A model generated the notes under the pieces. The model was not told the origin of the DNA. It searched no databases and worked only from the letters and a program-made list of their open reading frames with translations. This document shows, one piece after another, positions 14,613 to 27,344 of a DNA stretch of 64,000 bases (position 1 is its first letter; every line of letters starts with the position of its first letter). Position numbers and translations under genes: made by a program. Origin of the DNA: Eledone cirrhosa (taxonomy: Eukaryota); NCBI GenBank assembly GCA_964016885.1, contig OZ024743.1, forward strand, positions 19,840,001-19,904,000, written 5' to 3'.

Positions 14613-14800
14613 AACGTTTGTATATGTATATATATATATGAATATATATATATGCATGTATACACATACACACATACATATTATATATATTATATATATT
14701 ATATATATATATAATATATATAATATATATATGTGTGTATGTGTATACATGCATATATATATATATATTCATATTTGTGTGTGTGTGTGTGTGTGTGTGA
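13625..14800. repeat. ~1.2-kb degenerate (TA)n array
   Basis: Directly visible. Confidence 0.97.
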
Positions 14801-15213
14801 GTACCTATGGTTATGCGTGTGTCTGCTTATGTGCGTGCACAAGAGAACATTTGTATAATTGAATGAACGTATGGTGATAATATTGTGCATTTGTTTTACT
14901 GTGTACGTAACTGTGCCTGGCTACATATGTGCTCTGCTTAACAGAGAACATTGCCTACATAGTCTCTTTACCCAATCGGTTCACTAGACTCCGAAGTGAT
15001 TATTACGGTAATCTGAACACTGAATGAACGGAAAGTGGCTGCTTGGGGGATAATTTCTTAAAACTGTTACGAAATTAGTTCGCTCTTCTCTTTTCATAAC
15101 CAACCACTCTCTTAAGTGTTTTGACTATATTCATAACTCAAAGTATCATAGAAAATACGAGCTCATTCTTCCTTCCTTTCTTTCTTTCTATATGTGTATG
15201 TATTTTCTGCCTT

Positions 15214-15292
<79 letters not shown>
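15214..15292. repeat. (CT)n microsatellite
   Basis: Directly visible. Confidence 0.97.
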
Positions 15293-15295
<3 letters not shown>

Positions 15296-15839
15296 GCTTT
15301 CTCCACCCCCCTTTTTCTTTATCTCGCTTACTCCTTCACGCTGTCTTTCGTTCTATCTTTCTCTTTTCTTCCCAATAAACAACTGTTTATTTCGAAAGCA
15401 TTTTAAGTGACACAAACAATCTGATTTTCTGAAGCTTTCAATTAAACTGATTTAAATGCTGTTTTATTTTGCTTTCCATTTTTTTGCTAAATTTTTCCTC
15501 GTTTCTTCTTTGTATTTGTTTGTCTTAATATTTTGTTACGAGGTGGATTTATTTTGTTTTATGTTGAGGTTTACAAAATAGAGATGAATGTCAGCTATTT
15601 GAAGTAAATGACGATCAAAAATTACGAAGATATGACAGTAGTAGAGAAAATATACTAAATAATTTGAAATTCCATAATGATTAACTGAAAATGATGGATG
15701 TATTAGGAAAGCTGTGATTTATTATTGAATCTAAGCTTCTTTGGCACAAAGATCATAGTTCACCTGCTGTAAATCGCAAAATATAATTGTGTGATTGCAA
15801 TAATTCATAATGTAAGTGTGCATGAAGCATTAAATTTTG

Positions 15840-16135
15840 ATGGAGTGGTAGAGGCGACGTAGTGACATACCGCACTGTCTTGAGAATGTTAATCCTGGTG
15901 GAACCCATACCCTCTCCAGATTTGAGCGCTACTGAATTCTTCCAGAAAGAGATAGAGAGACGGCGGGAAATATATAGAGAAAAACACTTGACCCCAGTAC
16001 TAGATTGGTACATTTTTATCGACCTCGAAAGGATGAAAGGCAAAGCTAACCTCAACAGGCTTTGAACGGGGAACGCAGACAGCTTGAACGAATCCTACAA
16101 AGTATTCTATCCAGCGTGCAGGTAGGCCGCCTTAA
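15840..16135 (-). mobile_element. SINE (second family)
   Basis: gaccccagtact...ggtac...ttatcgacctcgaaaggatgaaaggcaaag...acctc is shared with 33585-33760 and 53640-53817. Confidence 0.7.
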
Positions 16136-16423
16136 TACACAGTAAGAAAGAAATAATTATGAAGAAATAATTATAAAGTTAGTAGAACTGTTAAAGCACT
16201 ATACCTAATATATCAAAATAATCGTGGTTAATAAAGATTATTTTACCTAGAAGAGGAAATGGGGCGATAAAAAGAAGATTAATAGGCCTGGAACTGACTG
16301 TGGTGAGATTTAGGAATGCTCTTATATTCCAGAATATATGTCCTCTGAATTTGTGAAGTACACACACATACTCACACACGCGCACGTACACACACTCATA
16401 TATATATATATGTATGTATATAC

Positions 16424-17002
16424 ATGGTGGCTAGCAACTCGTTTTCGAGTACGGCCACTACTTTATATCCATGTAGGAGAATCCCTACCGATGCGCTAAA
16501 CAAGTGTGACTTTTTTGTCCAGCCGGCGACTTGAAAACTCTGGTACAAACACTACACCTGTGACAATTATTGACACATAGTGCTGGGCCCATGGTACCAA
16601 GTGACGACAAGTGCAGAGAGAGCTCCAGATATAAAGCAATGCCTGTGCCGTGAAGCGTTTATAGTGAGCAAAGGCACTGCACAAAGTTGGTCTCACTTTC
16701 TTAACCAAGATGATATTTACTAAAAAGAAGAACAAGTCAACATCATTGGATACCATCAGGGTTGCAGGTATTATATCAGAGTTTTCCTTCTCCTAGAATT
16801 CTGCCTTGACAAAGGCTAAGGGGTCATCTCTCCCGGTGAATTTGGATGGCCATTGACTCTTAAGAGCTCTTTTGCCCTTTGACGGGTTTTGTTTTTGTCC
16901 TGCTGGATGTCCAAAGTCACCCTCCTCACCAAGAAACGTTGGTGAGGTTGCCAGTTTAGTCGCCAACGACCCGACCATGAGACAGGTTGTACTGGGATAC
17001 AT
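16424..17002 (-). mobile_element. Internally deleted RTE derivative, copy 1 (about 30 bp 5'-truncated)
   Basis: Near-identical to copies 2, 3 and 5; lacks the terminal gttaccagtagcaccaagtggtgacctgaca. Confidence 0.8.
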
Positions 17003-17025
17003 ATATATATATATGTATGTATACA

Positions 17026-17056
<31 letters not shown>

Positions 17057-17192
17057 ACATACATATATACATACATACATATATACATACATATATATAT
17101 ACATACATACATACATACAAACATATATAGATATACATACGTACATATATATATACATACATACATATATATATATACATACATATATATAT

Positions 17193-17802
17193 ATGGTGGC
17201 TGCCAACTCGTTTTCGAGTACGGCCACTACTTTATATCCATGTAGGAGAACTCCTACCGATGCGCTGAACGAGTGTGACTTTTTAGTCCAGACAGCGACT
17301 TGAAAACTCTGGTACAAACACTACACTTGTGACAAATATTGACACATAGTGCTGGGCCCATGATATCATGTGATGACAAGTGCAGAGAGATCTCCAGATA
17401 TAAAAAAATGCCTGTGACGTGAAGCTTTTATAGTGAGCAAAGGCACTGCACAAAGCCAGTCCCACTCTCTTAACCAAGATGATATTTACCAAAAAGAAGA
17501 ACAAGTCAACATCATTGGATACCATCAAAGTTGCAGGTGTTATATCAGAGTTTTCCTTCTCCTAGAATTCTGCCTTGACAAAGGCTAAGGGGTCTTCTCT
17601 CCCGGTGATTTTGGATGGCCATTGACTCTTAAGAGCTCCTTTGCCCTTTGACAGGTTTTGTTTTTAGTCCTGCAGGATGTCCAAAGTCACCCTCCTCACC
17701 AAGAAACCTTGGTGGGTTGCCAGTTTAATCGCGAACGACCTGACCATGAGACAGGTTGTACTGGGATACATGTTACCAGTAGCACCAACTGGTGACCTGA
17801 CA
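17193..17802 (-). mobile_element. Internally deleted RTE derivative, copy 2 (~610 bp)
   Basis: Minus strand: RTE-type 5' UTR (ctaggagaaggaaaactctgat), ORF C-terminal remnant, and 3' stem-loop actcgaaaacgagt followed by (AT)n. Confidence 0.8.
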
Positions 17803-17906
17803 AATATACATATATACATACATATACATATATATACATATATATACATACATATATATATATACATATATATACATACATATACATATATATATATATA
17901 CATACA

Positions 17907-17944
<38 letters not shown>

Positions 17945-17981
17945 AATATATATATATACATACATATGTATACATACATAC

Positions 17982-18031
<50 letters not shown>

Positions 18032-18086
18032 ACATATATATATATATACATACATATACATATACATACATATACATATGCATACA

Positions 18087-18142
<56 letters not shown>

Positions 18143-18143
18143 C

Positions 18144-18752
18144 ATGGTGGCTGCCAACTCGTTTTCGAGTATGGCCACTACTTTATATCCATGTAGGAGA
18201 ACTCCTACCGATGCGCTGAACGAATGTGACCTTAGTCCAGCCAGCGACTTGAAAACTCTGGTACAAACACTACACTTGTGACAATTATTGACACATAGTG
18301 CTGGGCCCATGGTACCATGTGACGACAAGTGCAGAGAGATCTCCAGATATAAAGCAATGCCTGTGCCGTGAAGCTTTTATAGTGAGCACAGGCACTGCAC
18401 AAAGCCAGTCCCACTCTCTTAACCAAGATGATATTTACCAAAAAGAAGAACAAGTCAACATCATTGGATACCATCAGGGTTGCAGGTGTTATATCAGAGT
18501 TTTCCTTCTCCTAGAATTCTGCCTTGACAAAGGCTAAGGGGTCATCTCTCCCGGTAATTTTGGATGGCCATTGACTCTTAAGAGCTCCTTTGCCCTTTGA
18601 CAGGTTTTGTTTTTAGTCCTGCAGGATGTCCAAAGTCACCCTCCTCACCAAGAAACCTTAGTGGGGTTGCCAGTTTAGTCGCCAACGACCCGACCATGGG
18701 ACAGGTTGTACTGGGATACATGTTACCAGTAGCACCAAGTGGTGACCTGACA
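18144..18752 (-). mobile_element. Internally deleted RTE derivative, copy 3
   Basis: Encodes [19 protein letters not shown], matching the C-terminal Cys/His finger of RTE ORFs. Confidence 0.8.
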
Positions 18753-18794
18753 TAATATATACATACATATATATATACATACATATATATATAT

Positions 18795-18884
18795 ATGGTG
18801 GCTGCCAACTCGTTTTCGAGTACGGCCACTACTTTATATCCATGTAGGAGGACCCCTACCGATGCACTAAACAAGTGTGACTTT
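18795..18884 (-). mobile_element. Internally deleted RTE derivative, copy 4 (3'-terminal ~90 bp only)
   Basis: Matches only the element's 3' end, as expected from 5' truncation during target-primed reverse transcription. Confidence 0.75.
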
Positions 18885-19007
18885 ATGTATATACATACAT
18901 ATATATATACATACATACCTACATATATGTATACGATTCGGTTTAAATAATCATATTGTTATATATATATATAAAGTGTGTATGTAAATATATATATATA
19001 TATATTG

Positions 19008-19160
<153 letters not shown>

Positions 19161-19249
19161 TACGTGAGTACGTATGTATGTTTGTATGTATGTTTGTATG
19201 TATATTCCACCAATGTGGTGGAAGAGTTGAACGGCTGTGCAGTGGGCGA

Positions 19250-20060
19250 ACTAATGTTACTGGGAATCTGTCCAACAAACTTTTTGCTGTTAGCTAAAAT
19301 ATTAGCAGTTGTCTGAAGCAGCTGGTAGTAGACTGAAGACATTTTATAACTTGTGAGCCGAGGAATAATAACTCTACTGAGAAAGGACTCAACAAGAAAG
19401 GACATAATATACAAATTTGTGCTCGTAACTCAACTTAAAATATAATGAAATATACTGGTAAATATACACCCCAGAGAGATCGGTGGTTTTCGTTGGTATT
19501 TCATTGAGGGATACCTATCCCCAACATTCTCTTGAACGGCACTACAACTGGCTTCAGTTTGGCTCCGACAACTTGGCTGACTAATGCGGGTGTTTTTGGC
19601 TGTCCAAATATCATGGACCCTTCGATCCTGTCTTCATGGACTAGTTGGTTACAATTTCTAGCAGCAGCTGTTTGGTGGTCAAAGTAATCGGCCACCTGTT
19701 TAAACAACTTTTCTTAAAGTGAGATCAACTCTGACAGAATTACTTCCCATATTTCTTCTACGCGGAACCTTTGTTGCGGCGATAGGAAACGTTGACGAAC
19801 ATCTCACTCGAGCTGAAACATAGGAGAGCCATTTTTAGTATATGTCAATGAAATTATCGTCATTGTGTCTGGAATATTGGAAATCAGGTCGATCGACACA
19901 ATTTTAAAGGCGTATCTAGTGACAACGGAAACGTATTAGCTGACACAAGTTGCTAGGCTTGCAACTTGGAACTTGATGTGAATGGTTAATACATGAGGTA
20001 CGTCAGTATTTGTCTTTGAACCGAGAATCTGGTTAGAGAGCTACCTGTCCGGGGGAGGGG
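19250..20060 (-). mobile_element. Possible decayed Gypsy gag relic
   Basis: Broken minus-strand translation DLISNIPDT...LKMALL...QRF weakly recalls invertebrate Gypsy gag; heavily decayed. Confidence 0.3.
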
Positions 20061-21661
20061 CAAATATACATCTAGGTGTTTCGGAACTGAAAAGAGGTCG
20101 TAAACAGGAAGTAATTTCCTTCTCACATATGGGCTGACAGAAAGCTACCCCAGAAAAGTCAGGCAGAAGTGGGTAACTTCTTTATCTTGTCCTAGACTAT
20201 ATCTGACCAGATTGCGGCACAGGCTCTTCCGATTAATGTGGTATGGTTAAAATGTCAGTCTGCTGCTAACGTGAATTATGAGGTGTTTTCCGGATTTGGG
20301 GGCTGACACATCTACAAAGATTTTTAAACGACGACGACTGTGAATAGGTATTCTCACCGTTCGTGTTTAACGTCATTATGCAGCTCGTCTATATAATCGA
20401 AATTCATACATAAATCAAGCGCAAACCGATTTAGGAGGGCCTTTGAGATCTGGAATATTGCCAGGCACTCATTACATTGTACTGGCTCGGTCATGTTTCG
20501 TTTGCAAGTTAAGCTCCGTATTCTATAAAAGGTTATCAAAGAATATGCGCGGGAATTGCCTGGAAGCAATTCAAGGCCTCGACAATGAAATCTGCGTCGT
20601 CATCTTTAGGGGAATTTTTATGTTTTGGTGTTTGGAGCATTTCCAAATGTTCTTCATCTGGTAAAGGTACAGAGACGTGAGTGTGGTTGCCTTTCTTAGA
20701 TAAAATCTACAGGTATAGTCACGTTCTAGCCGCCAGCAGCCTCTAGAGCTCGTGCAAATCTACAGATGTCAAAAGCAACAAACGATTACTCGATTTCTTG
20801 ACTTAATAGATAGTAAGCTAATCGATATGTGGATGAACCGGGAGTTATGATGTGAAAACCAAAGTATCCGGAAGAATGTGCTTTGGTTAAATTCATGCAT
20901 AAATTTGATTAACAAATAAATAGAAATGAGATGTCATGAAACTTTTCAAATATCTAATTTGTCTTCGGTGAACAGATTCAGTGGGTGCTCTTAGGTTATC
21001 TAACTATTTAGTTTTCCTTTGTGCGTGTGTGGGTAACTCTAAATCTTTTATATGGTTATAATTTAATATCATATGTTGTTTTAATTATGATGGTTTATAC
21101 AATTTTGTATTTGTGATGTACGTTTATCAGATTTTAAAACATTCATTGTATAACACCCTTAAACCTACCTTGATTTTTATATAATTTAGTTTCTTCCATC
21201 TCAACGTGTTTAATAACCCATTCCCACCCGATCTCTGCTTTAACACATTATTGCATAAATCTTTGTGACTAATAAAAAAACGAAATTATTTTTATCAATC
21301 GGTAGATTTGTAGAATCGTTAGATTTAATCGACTTTCTCTTCCCCTCAAAATTGCTGGCCTTGTACCTATGTTGGAAATCATTATACTTAAATAGTACTA
21401 CGGCTCAAGTGTTCAGCACCACGTCAATCCTAATTGAATAGACTTATGATCAAAGCGTTCCGGCTTTCATCATCATATTTTATTTTCAGAGAATTCAAAG
21501 AAGTTATTAACCAAATTAAGTTCCTATTTTTAATCAGATAGAAGAGGGTGTTTTAATGAAAATTTATTTGTTTGTTTTTTCTAGCAAGTCGAACGGCTAC
21601 GACATATATTTGAGCAGTGTATCACAGAACGGAAGGCATTGAATTTGCAAAGTCATTAGAA

Positions 21662-21958
21662 CAGTGGTTCTCAACCTTTTTTTTTTTTGCTAACGGCACA
21701 CCTTGGAACACATGGAAAAATAGTGGCACACCTGGCTAAATATATATGATCAATCTTTGAATTTTACAAAATAAAAACAAGGCAAGTCATAGACGGCATA
21801 CAGCCCTAGACACAGACTAGTCATAGACACATAGAATGACTCAAACTAAATAAAGATAAACACAGCTATGAACTTACTTTCACATTTTCTTAGTGTGCCG
21901 TTAAAAATTTCGCGGCACACTTAGGAGGATTTCGCGGCACACTGGTTGAGAATCACTG
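21662..21958. mobile_element. hAT-Charlie-type MITE (297 bp)
   Basis: TIRs cagtggttctcaacc / ggttgagaatcactg, perfect 8-bp TSD CATTAGAA (21654-21661, 21959-21966), subterminal ggcacac repeats. Confidence 0.93.
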
Positions 21959-22844
21959 CATTAGAACATCGGAGAGAACGCTTCGTGGTAATGCTTCCCG
22001 CTTTCTGCGCTCAGAATCGCGCTACTGTAATTTAACCTTTCACCTTTTCGAGACCGATAGATGAATTACCTGTCCAGGACTGGAATCGATTCTTCCGCTA
22101 TATACTTTTTTTCACTCCCACTCCTGTTTTCACTGGAAGAAATCAGCAGTGTTCTCATCTGAAGAGAGATGGGCTCCGCTTGGTTCAAATGTCGTAGAAA
22201 CAACTCAATCTGACGTTAAGGACTTATACATGAATAACAAAAATAGTGGAATGCCTTTAAAACACTGTGTTATGTTGTTCATGTTCTGTGATCAAATCCA
22301 GCCAGAGCCAACATGACACTTTACTTTTCAGAGATCGAGACATTAAGTATTTGTGCGGTAATGTCACAAATTGTCTATATTCGGCTAATGTTAAAAATAT
22401 GTTCATTGCATTACCATTGTATTAAAAACATAATAGAAGCCCATGTATGGTAGAATCAGTAGAGCATCGGTCATCTTGTATTGAGACATTAATCAGTAAC
22501 ATTTCCTTATTTTCTGAGATACCACCATTTTTCGACTTACAGGGCTGATAAAGTGAGTACTATTATTGTATTAGTGGGGGCGATCAATTTGACAATAGTC
22601 TGCCACAAAATATGTAACTGGCCATGAATCTATCTCGGGAATATTTATGACAAAAAAAACGATGAATTTGGAATCAGAATTACATTGATCTAAATCGTTA
22701 GTTTTAGACCAATGTTGGTATCAGTTAATAGTTTTGTCTATTACTATCATTGTCTATTACTATCATTAATGAAACGAATGCAAATCCTAACTTGGCTCCG
22801 CTATATAAACTTTCATCTACATTAATTCGATCAGATCAGTTTGC

Positions 22845-22878
<34 letters not shown>

Positions 22879-22884
22879 GGGGGG

Positions 22885-23096
22885 AGAAGTGGTTACACAA
22901 CAGGTAGTTCACCATACCGAGAACAATTGTTTCACCTTAGCGGATCCTCAGCTCGTAATCACGAGCTGAGGATCCGCTAAGATGAAACAATTCTTATCGG
23001 TAGGTGAACTAACTGTTGTGTAACCACTTCTACCTAACTCGTCCCATGGACTGAGAGCTCTACCACTACGGATATTACCTTCCAGTGTTCTACCAC

Positions 23097-23100
<4 letters not shown>
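22885..23100 (+). mobile_element. Short PLE-type terminal fragment with 5' snap-back inversion
   Basis: 22885-22956 is an imperfect inverted copy of 22961-23031 (4-nt loop). Both arms carry a hammerhead fold, and the fragment ends in (TA)n. Confidence 0.7.
22918..22955 (-). ncRNA. Minimal type I hammerhead ribozyme
   Basis: Minus strand: CGAG-CUGAGGA-U CC gcuaa GG U-GAAA-CAAUUG-UU-CUCG. Stem I CGAG/CUCG, palindromic stem III, GUU cleavage triplet; stem II is weak. Confidence 0.65.
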
Positions 23101-23167
<67 letters not shown>

Positions 23168-23169
<2 letters not shown>

Positions 23170-23835
23170 CGTTTCTGAATTTGTTTAGCAAGATCCTTTA
23201 TCTGAAAACGTGTGTTGAAACCGATATTGTTATACTTTGGGACGGTCATGTTGCCAATAAGAAACACACGCACCAGTCGCTTTCACTTCAATTTATTATA
23301 AATTTCCGGTTGGTTGGTTGTTTCCACAACCAGACGATTGTTCATATATTGTCAAAGTTCTTTCGTCACACATTCTGTGACCTTTCAGTGACTGGGGAAT
23401 TTTTTCTTTGTTTTTGTGCCTCTCCTTTGTTCTGTCCTACGCCATCTTGTTTTTGTGTGTGTTGTGTGCTTAGTTTGCGCATGTGTTACATCCGGGTGTC
23501 TGTGTGTGTTTATATTTGTTTATTTATTTGTTTATTTACATGTTACTGGTTGGTTGTTTGTTCTATGTGTGCGTGTGTTTTCATTTTGTCCTTAATTGTA
23601 AGTTGTGATGTTGCTATTCCATTCATGTTTTCTATTTAATTTTGGTTGGAGTTCATTTATGTTTATTGCCTCTGTTATTTGTCTAAACATTGCGTCTTTT
23701 CTGTGTGTAGATTCTATTTTTATTTCTATGTTCTCTAATTTACCCTTATGTTCTATTTTAGCATGTTGGTAGAGTACAGATGATTCTTTACTATCTTCAA
23801 GCTCTCGCCAGTGTTCATTTATCCGTTCTCCTATA
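23168..23835 (-). mobile_element. Penelope-like element 3' fragment (GIY-YIG endonuclease + 3' UTR)
   Basis: ORF 23592-23864: ERINEH...SSVLYQHAKIEH...RQITEAINI...LNRKHEWN, typical PLE GIY-YIG C-terminus. Confidence 0.8.
23351..23392 (-). ncRNA. Decayed hammerhead ribozyme in PLE 3' UTR
   Basis: GUCA-CUGAAAG-GUCAC..GUGAC-GAAA-GAAC-UU-UGAC. Stems I and II are perfect; core CUGANGA is altered to CUGAAAG. Confidence 0.55.
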
Positions 23836-23840
23836 TATAT

Positions 23841-24489
23841 ATATATAAAATCAAATTCAAGCAAATAGAGAAAAGTTTTAAAATAAATTTCAAAAGATTC
23901 ACTGTACTTACTATATGTGCCTTTACCGCGGTTTCCGATCCCAAAATAAATAGATAATCCAAGCGAAATTCCATTGAGAAAGAGATCCTCATCAGAAGGC
24001 TTTTCTCACTCGGAGAATATCAAATTCTCGAGTTCAAATCACAGACTGGCGCCACACAAAACTGTTCCCGAATGAGAGTGAATGAGAGAAGAAACAATTC
24101 CGTCTGGTACCGTGTCCAAAGACAAAGGCTATGTGGACTGGTGAATGTACTGCTACTAAAATAGCAGCCGTTCAAACGACCAAAAGTTTTCTCTACCGTA
24201 GGGGAGAATAATAACAAAAGTATGTATTCCTACATGTAAATAATACACATAGGGGTACAAGTATTTTCCAACCGTGTGCCAGTGTGGTTCAATGGCAAGT
24301 TAATAAATTAACAAACCAGAATATATAAAATCAAGGTCAAGCAAATAGATAAAAAAGTTTTTTAATAAATTTCAAAAAATTTATATTCTGGCTTGTTAAT
24401 TTATTAAGTTGCCATTGAACCACACTGGCATACGGTTGGAAAATACTTGTACCCTATGTGTATTATTTACATGTAGGAATATATACTTT

Positions 24490-24490
<1 letters not shown>
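23841..24490 (-). mobile_element. Non-coding 480-bp-unit hammerhead element (partial tandem + 5' inversion)
   Basis: 23841-23899 repeats at 24321-24380 (period 480). ~24381-24490 is an inverted copy of ~24216-24325. Hammerhead at 23919-24000; (TA)n flanks. Confidence 0.75.
23919..24000 (-). ncRNA. Type I hammerhead ribozyme
   Basis: Minus strand: GCCUU-CUGAUGA-G GAUCUC...GGGAUC G-GAAA-CCGCGG-UA-AAGGC. Stem I 5 bp perfect, stem II 6 bp after a G.G mismatch, palindromic stem III, GUA triplet. Confidence 0.8.
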
Positions 24491-24557
<67 letters not shown>

Positions 24558-24561
<4 letters not shown>

Positions 24562-25168
24562 TGGCTGCCAACTCGTTTTCGAGTACGGCCACTACTTTAT
24601 ATCCATGTAGGAGAACCCCTACCGATGCGCTGAACGAGTGTGACTTTTTAGTCCAGCCAGCGACTTGAAAACTCTGGTACAAACACTACACTTGTGACAA
24701 TTATTGACACATAGTGCTGGGCCCATGGTACCATGTGACGACAAGTGCAGAGAGATCTCCAGATATAAAGCAATGCCTGTGCCGTGAAGCTTTTATAGTG
24801 AGCAAAGGCACTGCACAAAGCCAGTCCCACTCTCTTAACCAAGATGATATTTACCAAAAAGAAGAACAAGTCAACATCATTGGATACCATCAGGGTTGCA
24901 GGTGTTATATCAGAGTTTTCCTTCTCTTAGAATTCTGCCTTGACAAAGGCTAAGGGGTCATCTCTCCCAGTGATTTTGGATGGCCATTGACTCTTAAGAG
25001 CTCCTTTGCCCTTCGACAGGTTTTGTTTTTAGTCCTGCAGGATGTCCAAAGTCACCCTCCTCACCAAGAAACCTTGGTGGGGTTGCCAGTTTAGTCGCCA
25101 ACGACCCGACCATGAGACAGGTTGTACTGGGATACATGTTACCAGTAGCACCAAGTGGTGACCTGACA
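24558..25168 (-). mobile_element. Internally deleted RTE derivative, copy 5 (611 bp)
   Basis: Full-length copy of the 16.4-18.9 kb family, again embedded in (TA)n. Confidence 0.8.
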
Positions 25169-25323
25169 CATATATATATATATATGCATACATACATGTG
25201 TGTGTGGTATGTGCGTGTGTATAACTATATATATATATATATATATATATTTCAAGGAAACGACAAAACAGAGGTATAAAATGTCTTATTAGTTACACTC
25301 TGTATATTGAAAAGGGGAAAACC

Positions 25324-25359
25324 GTTCGACGTGTCAGGCTTTAGCCATTCTTCAGGATC
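25324..25359 (-). ncRNA. Decayed minimal hammerhead
   Basis: GAUC-CUGAAGA-AUGGC uaaa GCCU-GACA-CG-UC-GAAC; GAAA is mutated to GACA. Lies in a short insert between (TA)n tracts. Confidence 0.45.
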
Positions 25360-25429
25360 ACAAAGTAATATATATATATATACATATTTAAATACAATAC
25401 TAATTTAACCGGTATCTGGGAGATATTAT

Positions 25430-25700
25430 GTTCGATTCCGTCTATAAGGCTCTTTAACCGTTTTTATCAGCTATAGCACATATTTCTCTGAGCTACTACA
25501 TTTTCTATGAACTTCATATTCTTTTAGCACTCCGTAAGTTCAAACATTCGAGCGTCACATATGTATAGAGTCCAACATTTGCTACCATAGAAAGTGAATT
25601 TTAAAACGAAATCGAGGATGATATCTATATTTCGTAAGAAATCATCGATGATTTCTCACGAATGAAACGGTTCTAGTCCTCTCGATAATAAAAAGCTACA
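25430..25700 (-). mobile_element. Decayed RTE-like LINE fragment
   Basis: Minus-strand FYGSKCWTLY resembles the LLYGxExWTL motif. Confidence 0.35.
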
Positions 25701-25770
25701 TATATTCTAACATATTGATTACTCTTTTTAACTGTGATCACCTCCCGATATCTATTGCGAATCTACCTAT

Positions 25771-25862
<92 letters not shown>

Positions 25863-27344
25863 TACAGTTATATATATATATATATATATATATAGTTATA
25901 ATCTGTTATTTTAATAAATATATATATATGTGTGTGTGTGTGTATACATATGTGTGCGTGAAGCTGGCGTGTATATGTGTGTGTGTGTGTGTATACAAGA
26001 TTGCGTGTATTTGTGTGTGTGTGTGTACAAGCTTGCGTGTATGTGTGTGTGTATACAAGCTTGCGTGTATGTGTGTGTGTGTTTATATACAAGTTTGCGT
26101 GTATGTGTGTGTGTGTGTGTGTATATACAAGATTGCGTGTATGTGTGTGTTCACCTGCCTCTCTATCTCTATCTCATATTCTTCTCTTTGTCTATCTTGC
26201 TCTCCTCTGCGTTACAGGTGACAATGCCTAGAGTGTGTGACCGATGTGACAAAGCTTGAGGCAGTTAGCATATGGTAGCATGACGTTCCAGATTAGGGAT
26301 TCATCTCCCTCGAACGGGAAGTGTGTTACCCCGTCTTACAAATCAATTGTGGGCTGTATCTACAGACGAGATGTATTTATTGTGTAGAATATGATTAGAG
26401 GTTTTAATTCCTTGGCTATGAACATTGGGCACTGCCATATACAAGATGTTAACTGCAAGTTTAGCATATACTTTTTATATCAGAAATGTTTCCTTATATA
26501 TCACCATGTCTTGTTTTCTTTCTATTTCGAATCTGTAAATTATTCACGAGTGAATGCATTGCCAAAAATAAAACAGAAAATTGAAAATCCTCAACATAAA
26601 TTAACTTATTGTAACATATTGATCGCATGATTTAAAGGTTCATTGATATCCATTGATATTTATAAAATCATGTTGGTGTGAGTTAGTACAAGTAGAATTA
26701 GCACAATGGATTAGAAAGGGAAATTTATTCATAATATATAATTGGCGATTTTTCAACTATTTCTCTCTCCACATCAACACCAGATGTAACATAATACTAC
26801 GTGGCATTCATTTCACTATGTAACAAAAAAGAAAAGCTATCAACTCTAGAAGAATCAAACTAATGAATGAAAAATATATGATACTATTTAAAAAAGCTCA
26901 AAACTAGAGATAGGGAGATTGGACTCTAATAGTAGTAAGTATTAAATCATACACAATTACGGCCTCTTCGACTACAAAATTGAATACGAGAGGTTAGTAC
27001 TCACTAAATACCAATACTAAATGCCTCGTGAAAATTTGAATACATAAAACCAACTGGGCTATTGGGAAAAACATTATAAATTATTCTAATAACTAATTAA
27101 ATTTCATAATTATAAATTACCCAGTCACCAACTGCTATCGGGAAGATATGGCATATAAATAGTGATAGTAAAATTTAAATGACCAATATTAATATACACT
27201 GGGCACGAGATGTATTCGTACTATTAAATTGCAATTTATAAAAGGCTTATAAAATCTTTTGCTTCTTTATTGTTTTTTTTTTTTACGGGAAATAATTAGT
27301 TATTAGAATACCTTTCCATTTGATTTCCAATAGCCCATGGGTCG

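Noticed and set aside
26190-26280. Polypyrimidine tract + CAG at 26217 as a host exon acceptor
   Set aside because: The tract derives from CT-rich simple sequence; no convincing donor or recognisable coding frame follows.
27055-27337. 11-bp inverted repeat tgggctattgg / ccaatagccca as MITE ends
   Set aside because: No TSD, and a match of this length can occur by chance in 64 kb.
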